This document shows positions 1-7,757 of a DNA stretch of 34,761 bases, piece by piece. The position numbers were made by a program, and so were the translations under genes. The stretch is from a virus (taxonomy: Duplodnaviria; Caudoviricetes). How positions within the stretch are numbered: position 1 is the stretch's first letter; every line of letters starts with the position of its first letter. The stretch lies in IMG/VR virus record IMGVR_UViG_3300022876_000187, positions 1 to 34,761 of that record; one strand, given 5' to 3'. Below the pieces are notes generated by a model that was not told the DNA's origin, did not search any database, and was given only the letters and a program-made list of their open reading frames with translations.

Positions 1-156
1 CAGTTCCAGCAGGATGGCCGCGGCGTGCTCGCGGTTGAGGGCGTAGAGGTACACGCTGAACGTGCCCTCTACGGTGGTGAAGTCGACGGGGAACAGGCGC
101 CAGGTCCGGCCCTGCTCAACAACTACAGCGGCAAGGGTCAAAGCCTGGCGGTCCAT
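1..156 (-). CDS. Phage hypothetical protein (partial, runs off window)
   Basis: ATG at 156, 1 nt after the upstream stop; reads MDRQALTLAAVVVEQGRTWRLFPVDF...LLEL with no stop before the window edge. Confidence 0.7.
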   Translation of the reverse strand, partial: MDRQALTLAAVVVEQGRTWRLFPVDFTTVEGTFSVYLYALNREHAAAILLEL

Positions 157-157
157 G

Positions 158-1018
158 TCAGACCACCTCTTCCAGGGTGGCGACGACCTTGTAGCTGTGC
201 TCCAGGGCAGTGGCCCCCTCGCTTTCCAGCTGGATAACCTTGTTGTCGAGCAGGCGCAGCAGCAGGGTGGTGGCCTGGTCGCTGTCGATGGCCAGCCGGC
301 TCTGGACCCATGCGGCTTCGAAGCGGCCGGAGGCAGCCTTGACCACGATCACCTGCGCGGCTTCCTCGTAGGTGAATTCGCCGAACTCCTTGCTGATATG
401 GCCAGGGCCGCTGTCCTGCTGATTGCCGGTATCGTTCCAGCATTCAGGATCGGCGCAGCTTGGGCCGCCGTGGTTTCCGTCGCATTTATGCGGGGTCTGC
501 TGTTCGGCCAGCTCCAGCTGCTGCTCCTGCCGGCGGTCAAGACCCATACCCGCGGCAATCTCGGACGCGCTCAGCGGCAGCTCCTTCTGATCCCGCTCAG
601 CGCGGATGCCGTCGACGCCCTCAGCGTAGTCGTTCGGAGCCAGCACAAGCAGGGCCAGCTTGCCCGACAGCTTGATCAAGCCGGAGACGTTAGGGTCTTG
701 GGCATCCACCACCCCAGTGACCGTTACGTTCTTCTCCTTGAACTTGGAGTCCGCAATCTTGATCGGGATGGTGTCGACGCTGCGCGAGCTGATGATGCCC
801 ACCGCCGTCCATACCACTTCCTCGGCCTGCTTGGTGATACGGTCGATCACCTCCTGCTGGTCGTCCTCGCCCAGGCGGCCGAACGGCACCTTGATGTTGC
901 GCAGTTCGAAGAGCGCGGCCTCGACCAGGTCGTGCACCATCAGCTGGTGCGCCAGCACCATGGGTTCAATTCCGTGCAGCTTGGCGCGTTCGATCGCTTC
1001 GCGGTGTTCTACTTTCAT
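158..1018 (-). CDS. Phage protein with C-terminal FtsK-gamma-like winged-helix domain
   Basis: 286-aa ORF with GAGG RBS; C-terminal YEEAAQVIV...WVQSRLAIDSDQATTLLLRLLDNKVI resembles FtsK gamma. Confidence 0.75.
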   Translation of the reverse strand: MKVEHREAIERAKLHGIEPMVLAHQLMVHDLVEAALFELRNIKVPFGRLGEDDQQEVIDRITKQAEEVVWTAVGIISSRSVDTIPIKIADSKFKEKNVTVTGVVDAQDPNVSGLIKLSGKLALLVLAPNDYAEGVDGIRAERDQKELPLSASEIAAGMGLDRRQEQQLELAEQQTPHKCDGNHGGPSCADPECWNDTGNQQDSGPGHISKEFGEFTYEEAAQVIVVKAASGRFEAAWVQSRLAIDSDQATTLLLRLLDNKVIQLESEGATALEHSYKVVATLEEVV

Positions 1019-1027
1019 GGGTATTCC

Positions 1028-1228
1028 TCATTGTCCTGCGATTTTTTCGAGCGCCGACTGCTGGGCCGGGCTCAGGTGGGTGCGCGGGCCGTGACGCTTG
1101 AAGTTGGCCCGCATGTTCTCGGTGAACTCAATTTCCCAGGCGGTGGACGCCAACAGCTCGGCCGCCGCCAGCAGGACGCTGAATTCCTCGATTGCGCCGT
1201 AGATTTCTTCGATGCATTGGGCGGCCAT
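1028..1228 (-). CDS. Phage hypothetical protein
   Basis: 66-aa ORF packed tightly between recT and the FtsK-gamma gene. Confidence 0.75.
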   Translation of the reverse strand: MAAQCIEEIYGAIEEFSVLLAAAELLASTAWEIEFTENMRANFKRHGPRTHLSPAQQSALEKIAGQ

Positions 1229-1234
1229 GGCTGG

Positions 1235-2122
1235 TTACTCGCGCTGTGAGCCGTAGTCGGCGGTGGACTCTGGCTCGAGGATTTCTCCGGTGGCCGTGTC
1301 GACGCCTACCGACGGCTCTTCCGGCGCCAGGTCGTCGATTACGCTGTATTCGCCTGTCAGCACCGCAGCGTTGTCCTGGTCAAGGCCGGCTTCGCCGCGT
1401 TCGTCCAGGGACACGGCCATCTGCATCTCGATGGACACGGGCAGGTACTTGAACAGTCGGCGAATGGCGGTCTTCTTGGCCATTTCGTCGAAGTGGGATA
1501 CCCAGGGACCATTGCTTCCGGCCTTGCTCTGTTTGCGCACGGCCTCGATATCCATGCGCGACATGACCTCGAACTGAACCCCGCCATCTTTCAGCTTGGC
1601 GACGGCGTAGACGTGGGTCAGCTGGCCGCGCTCGCCGTCGGCCGGAACGTGCTCGATGGTCTCGTCCAGGCCCAGGCGATAGTTGAACTTGTCGTTCTGG
1701 TGCACCGACCGTGCGGTCAGTGACACGATCTGCCCGGACCGGCGGGCCAGGTCGATCATCCCGCGGTAGCCGATGATCAGTTGCACGTTGGCCAACCCAT
1801 CCTTGGCCTTGCCGTTACCGAAAGGCAGTAGGTAGGAGTGGCCCAGTGCGCTACCGGGCTCGAGGCCGAGCTGGGCGCATTGCATGATCGCGCCCAGGAA
1901 GCTTTCCTGGTTGCACTTGGCCAGGGCCGGAACCTTGCGGATCTCAGTCAGCGCAATGCGGGCCATACGGTCGGCGGTCAAGTGCCGGGGCAGGGCCAGG
2001 GCCATCTGCGCCTTGATCTTCGGGTCGGTCATCAGGCCGGCCAGGGTCTTAGGTTTCTGCGCCTGGGTTCTGCTCAGGTCCGAGGACGAAAAGGGGGGCG
2101 AGGTCAATGCTTGGTCGTTCAC
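1235..2122 (-). CDS. recT: RecT single-strand annealing recombinase
   Basis: Motifs ALPRHLTADRMARIA, QLGLEPG..LGHSYLLPF, IIGYRGMIDLARRSG, PWVSHFDEMAKKT; GTG start at 2122 overlaps the upstream stop (GTGA). Confidence 0.95.
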   Translation of the reverse strand: MNDQALTSPPFSSSDLSRTQAQKPKTLAGLMTDPKIKAQMALALPRHLTADRMARIALTEIRKVPALAKCNQESFLGAIMQCAQLGLEPGSALGHSYLLPFGNGKAKDGLANVQLIIGYRGMIDLARRSGQIVSLTARSVHQNDKFNYRLGLDETIEHVPADGERGQLTHVYAVAKLKDGGVQFEVMSRMDIEAVRKQSKAGSNGPWVSHFDEMAKKTAIRRLFKYLPVSIEMQMAVSLDERGEAGLDQDNAAVLTGEYSVIDDLAPEEPSVGVDTATGEILEPESTADYGSQRE

Positions 2123-2934
2123 AGTCGTTCCTTGGCCCAATAGGGCAGTGAGATTGTTTCAAGGCCGGACCACTCGCCGGTGCGCATGCAGTCGGCGTAG
2201 GTGGCCAGGTTGTTCTGGTATTCGGTGCGGCCGATGGCCTTGCCCTCGGCATCGAGGGTGAACAGGCGGACCGGGTACTTGCCGCACTCGATGCTGGTGC
2301 TGATCACCAGGAAGACGAAACCCTGCAGTTCCTCGCCGAAGTGAGCCGCATAGCCGTCGCTGTAGTAGGAGTCCTGCACGTGATAGCGGTAGTCGTAGAA
2401 AGAGCGCTCGAACTTGCGCATATCGGCGGTCGTCTTCACGTCCAACAGCCACCCCATGGCAGGGATGGCCTTGTCTGGCCGGCAGCGGCACAAAACATCC
2501 TGGGTCGGGTCATTCCAGTAGATGCTGGCTTCGACGTCTCCCTGCGCCTCCAGGAGCCATCTGGCGTGCGGGTGGGCCATGACACTCTCGCGCATCAGCG
2601 CAATCTTCCGGCCTTCCTCGGGCATCAGGATTTTCTGGCCGGTAAGCCCGGCCTCGAACTCTGCCCAGCGATCCTTGCCGGCCTTCGTGTTGCGCGGCGA
2701 GTCGGCGGGACCGACGGCGAACTCGGCGGCGTAGCGCTCGGGCTCGAGCAGGTAGGCGTGGGTCGCATCGCCGACGATCAGGGACGACTTGTTTTCATCG
2801 TCCTCTGGCGCCGCCTTGCCCCACTGGAACAGGGCCGGCGACTTGTTGATCAGGTCGAGCTGGGATTTCGAGACGCCCGGGCCGCCGTGGTAATCGGCGT
2901 TCGGCAGGCCCGTGTAGTAGCCCGGGGCGGTCAT
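2119..2934 (-). CDS. Exonuclease VIII/RecE-like PD-(D/E)XK nuclease (DUF3799 type)
   Basis: YH..PGVSKSQL, G.ATHAYLLEPE, EASIYW, CRCRPD, DVKTT, YHVQ..YY motifs; adjacent to recT. Confidence 0.9.
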   Translation of the reverse strand: MTAPGYYTGLPNADYHGGPGVSKSQLDLINKSPALFQWGKAAPEDDENKSSLIVGDATHAYLLEPERYAAEFAVGPADSPRNTKAGKDRWAEFEAGLTGQKILMPEEGRKIALMRESVMAHPHARWLLEAQGDVEASIYWNDPTQDVLCRCRPDKAIPAMGWLLDVKTTADMRKFERSFYDYRYHVQDSYYSDGYAAHFGEELQGFVFLVISTSIECGKYPVRLFTLDAEGKAIGRTEYQNNLATYADCMRTGEWSGLETISLPYWAKERL

Positions 2935-3149
2935 GATTCCCCCCGGGCGGCGAGCATGGCGTCAGCTATCCGGTAGGCATGGTCCGCTATTTCTGGCCCA
3001 GTAAGCCCCCATGTGTCGTGGTGGGAGCAGATCCCCTGCATAGCCTTGGCTGCGAAGTAGTCGTGCAGGCTCATGCCCGCCGCCGGGCCGTATTGATTGC
3101 TGTCGCTCGGAAAGGCCGGGCCGCCGTTGTTCTCGCTCATGCTGTTCAC
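2931..3149 (-). CDS. Small phage early protein
   Basis: GGPAFP...GMSLHDYFAAKAMQG...AY.IADAMLAAR, a pattern common in phage small proteins; start/stop overlaps on both sides. Confidence 0.8.
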   Translation of the reverse strand: MNSMSENNGGPAFPSDSNQYGPAAGMSLHDYFAAKAMQGICSHHDTWGLTGPEIADHAYRIADAMLAARGES

Positions 3150-3262
3150 CGTGTAATGAGATCAGCCAGTCCGATCAGCACCAGCCAACCGGACCAGCCA
3201 AGAAGGGAAGTTGCAGCGCCGCGCCAGATCAGGCGGCGCCGGGAGCGCTGGCGGGTGGTCAT
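3146..3262 (-). CDS. 38-aa putative membrane peptide
   Basis: MTTRQRSRRRLIWRGAATSLLGWSGWLVLIGLADLITR; basic N-terminus then hydrophobic stretch; ATGA/GTGA coupling with neighbours. Confidence 0.6.
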   Translation of the reverse strand: MTTRQRSRRRLIWRGAATSLLGWSGWLVLIGLADLITR

Positions 3263-3477
3263 GGGCAGCACCGCTCGCTGCCGCCGCAGAAGAACCCGCG
3301 GTAATAGCCGTCGTCGTAGTTGACATCGCCCCATTCCCCGCAACTACATTCAGCCTGTTCAGGGTAACGACCCTGTGCGGCCTCATTTTCAATATTGCGC
3401 AGCCGGCGGCGCTCACGCTTTGCCTCGGCAGCACGAATGCGGGCGGTGTCTGTTGCATCAAAGCGGCGATATTTCAT
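3259..3477 (-). CDS. Small Cys-rich phage protein
   Basis: 72 aa with CSCG...FCGGSERCCP; ATGA coupling at both ends. Confidence 0.65.
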   Translation of the reverse strand: MKYRRFDATDTARIRAAEAKRERRRLRNIENEAAQGRYPEQAECSCGEWGDVNYDDGYYRGFFCGGSERCCP

Positions 3478-3608
3478 GGCATCCTCGCGATGATCATGCC
3501 GCGGCGGATTTCGATCCGGAGCGGACGGGGTAAGTCGGTGACCAGAAAAAAGCCCTGCGATTGCAGGGCCTTAGCCAGTTGTTTTGCAGTGCGGCAGATT
3601 ATCGTCAT
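3474..3608 (-). CDS. 44-aa phage hypothetical protein
   Basis: MTIICRTAKQLAKALQSQGFFLV...; ATGA overlaps at both ends. Confidence 0.65.
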   Translation of the reverse strand: MTIICRTAKQLAKALQSQGFFLVTDLPRPLRIEIRRGMIIARMP

Positions 3609-3835
3609 GGCATCTGACTCCCGAAGCGTTCGGCGTTGCTGCGCTCGACGATGCGGCGCACACGCTCTGTGTAGGTGGCGTCCTCCACGCTGCTGATCAC
3701 GCCCAGCGCCCGGAAGATCAGAATGGCGGTATTGGCCGAAGCCTGAACCGCAACGGGCGAGCACTCCGGATCAATCAGGCGCCCGATGTAGCTCTCGAGC
3801 ATGCCGACGGCTATGTCGTGTTGGCTGGCTGTCAT
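3605..3835 (-). CDS. Phage hypothetical protein
   Basis: MTASQHDIAVGMLESYI..., 76 aa; ATGA coupling. Confidence 0.7.
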   Translation of the reverse strand: MTASQHDIAVGMLESYIGRLIDPECSPVAVQASANTAILIFRALGVISSVEDATYTERVRRIVERSNAERFGSQMP

Positions 3836-4119
3836 GCTGCCCACCGCTCCCGACGCCGCTGGGCATCAATCTCTATCCACAGGGCCAGGTCGATCTGGTG
3901 GCCGTACTGGTAGGCCAGCGCCGGCAGTTGCCAGCCCGGCACATCCATTCGCACGCCGTCATCGTCATAGGTGATGCCCGACAAAACCTTGAACTCGAGC
4001 TCGCGGCAGCCCTGGGCGTCCCAATCGCTGTCCCAGGTGCCCGGCCGCGCCGGCTCATTCACGCAATGGGTCACCTCCACCTGGAGGACGAAACCTTCAA
4101 CAATCACTTCGTAAGTCAT
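3832..4119 (-). CDS. Phage hypothetical protein
   Basis: MTYEVIVEGFVLQVEV..., 95 aa; RBS GGAGG upstream. Confidence 0.75.
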   Translation of the reverse strand: MTYEVIVEGFVLQVEVTHCVNEPARPGTWDSDWDAQGCRELEFKVLSGITYDDDGVRMDVPGWQLPALAYQYGHQIDLALWIEIDAQRRRERWAA

Positions 4120-4233
4120 GGTGGTCGCCTCCATTGGCGGCAGGTTCAAATCCAATCGAAAGCACTCGGCCTGGCCGCTGTTTGCCGTTGGGCGCGGAGG
4201 GAGGGCTTTCTGTTGGGTTCGAGGCGAGGGAGA

Positions 4234-4263
4234 CGAAAGCCCCGTTGGACTTCGGGGCTTTCG
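4234..4263 (-). terminator. Terminator-like hairpin in the leftward operon
   Basis: 11-bp stem CGAAAGCCCCG/CGGGGCTTTCG; U-tract is weak. Confidence 0.55.
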
Positions 4264-4316
4264 GTGTAGCTCTACGATGCAGTGATCTCAGAGTCAGGTT
4301 TTTTTGGCGGGATCGT

Positions 4317-4460
4317 TCAGCGCCAGAACGCGGCGACCCCGGATGTCAGTCGAGGCTTTTCCCGAATGCAGGCTGGTGGATCGGTTGGCAGGCCGGCAGA
4401 GATAAGCGGTTCTGGCCGAACATGACTCAGCGCTGCGCCGATCAGAATGATCTGGAGCAT
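4317..4460 (-). CDS. 47-aa small ORF not in the supplied ORF track
   Basis: GGAGACCACC-ATG; MLQIILIGAALSHVRPEPLISAGLPTDPPACIREKPRLTSGVAAFWR. Confidence 0.55.
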   Translation of the reverse strand: MLQIILIGAALSHVRPEPLISAGLPTDPPACIREKPRLTSGVAAFWR

Positions 4461-4648
4461 GGTGGTCTCCGGTTAGGTGGTGATGCAGGTGGGCGGTTAT
4501 AGGCCGCAGTTTCGTCCGCATCGGTAGTCACTGTCGCCCTTGCCATGCCCGCAAGCGGAGGCCCGTGGTTCATCCAGACAGTAACTACCGATGCGCTCTC
4601 ATAGAGACGATCGGGCAGTTAACGACAGGCTGTCGTGGCGCTGGTTGT

Positions 4649-5434
4649 TCAGTCGTAGAGCCCGTAGCTCAGGTCATCTGGGTCGCAGTCAACCAACAGA
4701 ATGGCGTTACCGAAGTACAGGGATGCCAACATGCGCTCCCACTTCGAATACACCTGCATGTCGATGGCAATTTTCTTGTCATCCAGCTTGGCGCTGTAGA
4801 CCTCGCCAAACGCCATGGTTGGTTTCCAGCGATCGCCAGTTTCGCGCTCGCCCTTGATACTGATGTGCAGCGCATGTTTCAGGCTGTAGTTGCTGCGTGA
4901 GGAAGACGAGTAGTGGCTGCTCCGGTAACTGCCTTCCGGCTCAGGATCGAAGTAAATGTGCAGTGTCTTGTGGGAGTAACTGCCATCGCCTTCTTCAATG
5001 CGTATTTCCGGGCTCTCCCATTGGCTTTCGGCGGCACTTTCCTTGTGGTGATCTATGAATTCTCCGAGCAGCGCTTTCAGCGAAACTTCGCCGGCAAGCA
5101 GACCCTCACCGGTAAGCACCTCAGCTATGGACTTTTCGGCGCGCTCCAAGATGAGCGAACCCATGGCCGCTTGTTCCCAGCGCTGGCCCAGGGCGTTGGC
5201 GACGAGGGCGTTGTAGCGCTGAAGTTCGAACATGTCGGTGACGTTAGCCGGTAGTGCGGACTTGACGGCTTCCTTGATTGCCCCGCCAAAGTCGCCGTAG
5301 GAGCGAAAAGTGTCACTCACAACGTCTTTGAACAACTTATCGATGCCCTCGTCGATCAGCTCGCGAGGTCGATCAGAAAGGGCGTAGGTGCTGACGCGTT
5401 CGGCCAGCAGTTGTTGAAGCGTTTGTTCGCTCAT
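4649..5434 (-). CDS. Phage hypothetical protein (261 aa)
   Basis: Start MSEQTLQQ with GGAG RBS; long ORF in the leftward operon. Confidence 0.8.
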   Translation of the reverse strand: MSEQTLQQLLAERVSTYALSDRPRELIDEGIDKLFKDVVSDTFRSYGDFGGAIKEAVKSALPANVTDMFELQRYNALVANALGQRWEQAAMGSLILERAEKSIAEVLTGEGLLAGEVSLKALLGEFIDHHKESAAESQWESPEIRIEEGDGSYSHKTLHIYFDPEPEGSYRSSHYSSSSRSNYSLKHALHISIKGERETGDRWKPTMAFGEVYSAKLDDKKIAIDMQVYSKWERMLASLYFGNAILLVDCDPDDLSYGLYD

Positions 5435-5502
5435 TTGATGCTCCGTGCTTGATCGGTTGATTTCCCGTCTGGCCCTGTCGCCAAGGCCAGCCAGTGAAAT
5501 CG

Positions 5503-5745
5503 TCATGCGATCTGCTTGAGAATTACCCGGCTGAAGGCATGAGGGTTCATGTACACCTTCAACGTCATCTGCCGGCGGCATTTGATGTAATCGCGCAGCG
5601 CAAGATCGGCCAGGTCTGCTGGGTCGACCTCAAGTGCGGCAATGGCTTCATCGACACCACCGAACCAATTCGCGAGCCGCCGGGCACATGCCGCTGCAGC
5701 TTCGTTAACCACTTCGTCGCTTGCTTCAAATACTGAACTGCTCAT
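5503..5745 (-). CDS. Phage hypothetical protein
   Basis: 80-aa ORF with GGAG RBS. Confidence 0.7.
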   Translation of the reverse strand: MSSSVFEASDEVVNEAAAACARRLANWFGGVDEAIAALEVDPADLADLALRDYIKCRRQMTLKVYMNPHAFSRVILKQIA

Positions 5746-5774
5746 GGTCTTGCTCCAGTAGCCGGCGGGGTTGG

Positions 5775-6002
5775 TTAGGCGGTCAAAATGCCTTCAAGGC
5801 TGCTTTCGAACACTTCCAGAAACTCAGCGGGCTGCGTGATCGGATTCAGGTCTTGACCTGCGTTTTCCCCTGCGGCCACTACTGCGTCATCAAAGTCGCG
5901 GCAAACGGCTTGAGGGCCTTTAAACGCGCTAACTGCATTTGGATGCTTACGGTAGGAGGCAATGATCTTGGCTTCTTTGGCTTCGAATTCTTCGCGTGTC
6001 AT
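5775..6002 (-). CDS. First gene of the pL operon; acidic hypothetical protein
   Basis: MTREEFEAKEAK..., 75 aa, GGAG RBS; lacks the Arg-rich motif of lambda N. Confidence 0.7.
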   Translation of the reverse strand: MTREEFEAKEAKIIASYRKHPNAVSAFKGPQAVCRDFDDAVVAAGENAGQDLNPITQPAEFLEVFESSLEGILTA

Positions 6003-6267
6003 TTCGTCTTGCTCCGTTCGTGGCTTCCGAATGCCTCCCGGGGTAGGAGAGGCATTTGTGAAACCAGATGAGCCCTGAATCAGGCAGAGCTCATCTCCTT
6101 GCCCTTCGGCGCTACTGGCGCGGTACGGGCCATTCAGTTTGTTGACTCCGACCGCGACCCTGTCCGCCGGATAACTGTTCACGGTGCTTTACGCTGCACA
6201 CCCGGGTCAGTTGCCAACCCTCTGAACCGTTGAGGCCGGTTCATCGCTGCCTTTGAAGCGGTGGAGC

Positions 6268-6276
6268 TAAAGAGCG
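6268..6276 (-). promoter_or_regulatory. boxA antitermination element
   Basis: CGCTCTTTA on the minus strand about 45 nt downstream of the predicted pL start, preceded by a CGGC-GAAA-GCCG hairpin. Confidence 0.7.
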
Positions 6277-6298
6277 GCGGCTTTCGCCGGTTTTCAAA

Positions 6299-6361
6299 TC
6301 TGCGCTAATCGCAGAACATGGATTGCATTATGCGCAGAATTATTTCTGCGTCAAGCGCAGA
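6299..6361. promoter_or_regulatory. OL: three 17-bp operators overlapping pL
   Basis: TCTGCGCTAATCGCAGA (6299-6315), ATTGCATTATGCGCAGA (6322-6338), TCTGCGTCAAGCGCAGA (6345-6361), 23-bp period; pL on the minus strand TTGACG(6354-6349)-16-CATAAT(6332-6327). Confidence 0.85.
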
Positions 6362-6379
6362 TTTATAAAAATGAGGACG

Positions 6380-6404
6380 AAAAAAAGCCCGCGCATGGCG
6401 GGCT
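6380..6404 (-). terminator. Rho-independent terminator after cI
   Basis: AGCCCGC/GCGGGCT stem followed by a T-run on the minus strand. Confidence 0.85.
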
Positions 6405-6429
6405 GATTTGGAAGGCGGGGGAGAAGCCG

Positions 6430-7083
6430 TTACAGGTTGGTCATTTTCGTGTCGATGACACGGCCAATGAAGTGGCAGTTATCGTCGATTTCGATTGTCC
6501 GATACTCGGGGTTTAAGGGGCGCAGGTATCGGTGGCCGGCGTCCTCGATGTACTGCTTGAAAGTCTGGTCGCCACTGTCGAGCAGCTTGACCACGTAATA
6601 CTTGCCGCTGATCAGCTCAGACTCAGGGCGCACAAGGATGCGGGACCCTTCGGGAAAGCTGGGGTTGCCCGCGCAAGTCATCGAATGGCCTTTGACGTCC
6701 AGCCAGAAGCCATGGGGGCCGGCATTCTCTGTTGAAGGAATCCACACCTCTGCATCGCCTGGCTGGAAATTATCAGGCGACTCAATGAACTCTCCGGCAG
6801 CTACCCAACTGATCAATGGATATCCCTTAGGGGCCCGGCTCGGCTGCAGGCCCATCTGAACATTCGACATTCCCGTGTCCAGGTGCGTGCTGGGTTCGCC
6901 TTGCGGGGCCAGCTTAATGCCCAGGACGTTCATTATTTGTTTGAGCTTTTCGGGGGTTGTGCCCTGCAGGCCACGTTCCAGGCGCGAAAGGTTCCCAGAG
7001 TCGGAGTCGACCTGGTGCGCGAGTTCTTCAAGCGAAAGCTTCTTGGCTTTGCGTGCCGATCTGATGATCTGTCCAATATCCAT
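6430..7083 (-). CDS. cI: CI-like repressor (XRE HTH plus S24 peptidase)
   Basis: N-terminal HTH (LSLEELAHQV..SGNLSRLERG), PLISWVAAG cleavage site, catalytic GHSM and TFK motifs; divergent from cro. Confidence 0.95.
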   Translation of the reverse strand: MDIGQIIRSARKAKKLSLEELAHQVDSDSGNLSRLERGLQGTTPEKLKQIMNVLGIKLAPQGEPSTHLDTGMSNVQMGLQPSRAPKGYPLISWVAAGEFIESPDNFQPGDAEVWIPSTENAGPHGFWLDVKGHSMTCAGNPSFPEGSRILVRPESELISGKYYVVKLLDSGDQTFKQYIEDAGHRYLRPLNPEYRTIEIDDNCHFIGRVIDTKMTNL

Positions 7084-7103
7084 GGGGGAAATTCTCCGGT
7101 GTT

Positions 7104-7169
7104 GCTGCGTTGCGCGCAAAGCGGTAAGCGCAGAATTTGTTTGCATTAAATCTGCGCTAATCGCAGAAT
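7104..7169. promoter_or_regulatory. OR operators and pR promoter
   Basis: TCTGCGCTAATCGCAGA at 7151-7167 is identical to the OL site; degenerate sites at 7104-7120 and 7118-7134; pR TTGCAT(7141)-17-CAGAAT(7164). Confidence 0.8.
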
Positions 7170-7198
7170 CATCCCTGAAATCAACTCAGGGCATCGCC

Positions 7199-7438
7199 AT
7201 GACTCCTTTAAAACGTGCACGAACCGCCAGGAAATGGACGCTCGCCGATGTGTCGGCACGTCTTGCCCAGCTCGGCGTCACCATCGATACCGGCAATCTC
7301 TCGCGAATTGAGCGCGGTACCCAGTGCTCTTCTGCGTCTCTGGCCGAGAGCCTGAGTCGCGTATTCGATGGAGAAATCACTGAAATCCACATCCTCTATC
7401 CGGAGCGCTTCACTGGCGGCTCCACCGCGGCGGCTTGA
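7199..7438 (+). CDS. cro: Cro-like HTH regulator
   Basis: MTPLKRARTARKWTLADVS...DTGNLSRIERG; its recognition helix nearly matches that of CI (DSGNLSRLERG). Confidence 0.9.
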   Translation: MTPLKRARTARKWTLADVSARLAQLGVTIDTGNLSRIERGTQCSSASLAESLSRVFDGEITEIHILYPERFTGGSTAAA

Positions 7439-7440
7439 CC

Positions 7441-7755
7441 ATGAGCACCGACAAATTAAGCCCCGACCAGGACTCAAGAGCACGCGAGTTCGAGGCCCTG
7501 TTCTTGACCCGACTTATGTCGGTCGGACAGAAGAACGTCGCCACTTCAGTGGAATTGAGCGAGTCCGCGATAACCAACTGGAAGAAGGAAGGACTCATTG
7601 AGCGCTTCTGCAAAGCCTTGGTCGTCATGGACTTGCAGGTGGTGCCCTCCGAAGCTCAGTGCCATCCCGCCAAGTACATCGATGCGCTGCGAACTCTGGC
7701 TGAGCTTGGGTTGCAGGCTGAGCACAAGCGGCCGGGCCCGCTGGGGTGGGACTGA
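7441..7755 (+). CDS. cII: CII-like transcription activator
   Basis: Position after cro; GQKNVA..VELSESAITNWK HTH and LQVVP motif typical of CII. Confidence 0.8.
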   Translation: MSTDKLSPDQDSRAREFEALFLTRLMSVGQKNVATSVELSESAITNWKKEGLIERFCKALVVMDLQVVPSEAQCHPAKYIDALRTLAELGLQAEHKRPGPLGWD

Positions 7756-7757
7756 CC

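Noticed and set aside
62-1249. 395-aa + strand ORF and other long antisense ORFs (12219-13196, 13460-14407, 19228-20424, 28211-29221)
   Set aside because: Shadows of well-supported genes on the opposite strand in GC-rich DNA; no motifs
7474-7487. pRE-like CII site (TCGC-GTGCTC-TTGA, minus strand) in the cII 5' end
   Set aside because: Position is right, but both half-sites are degenerate and the -10 at the expected spacing is poor
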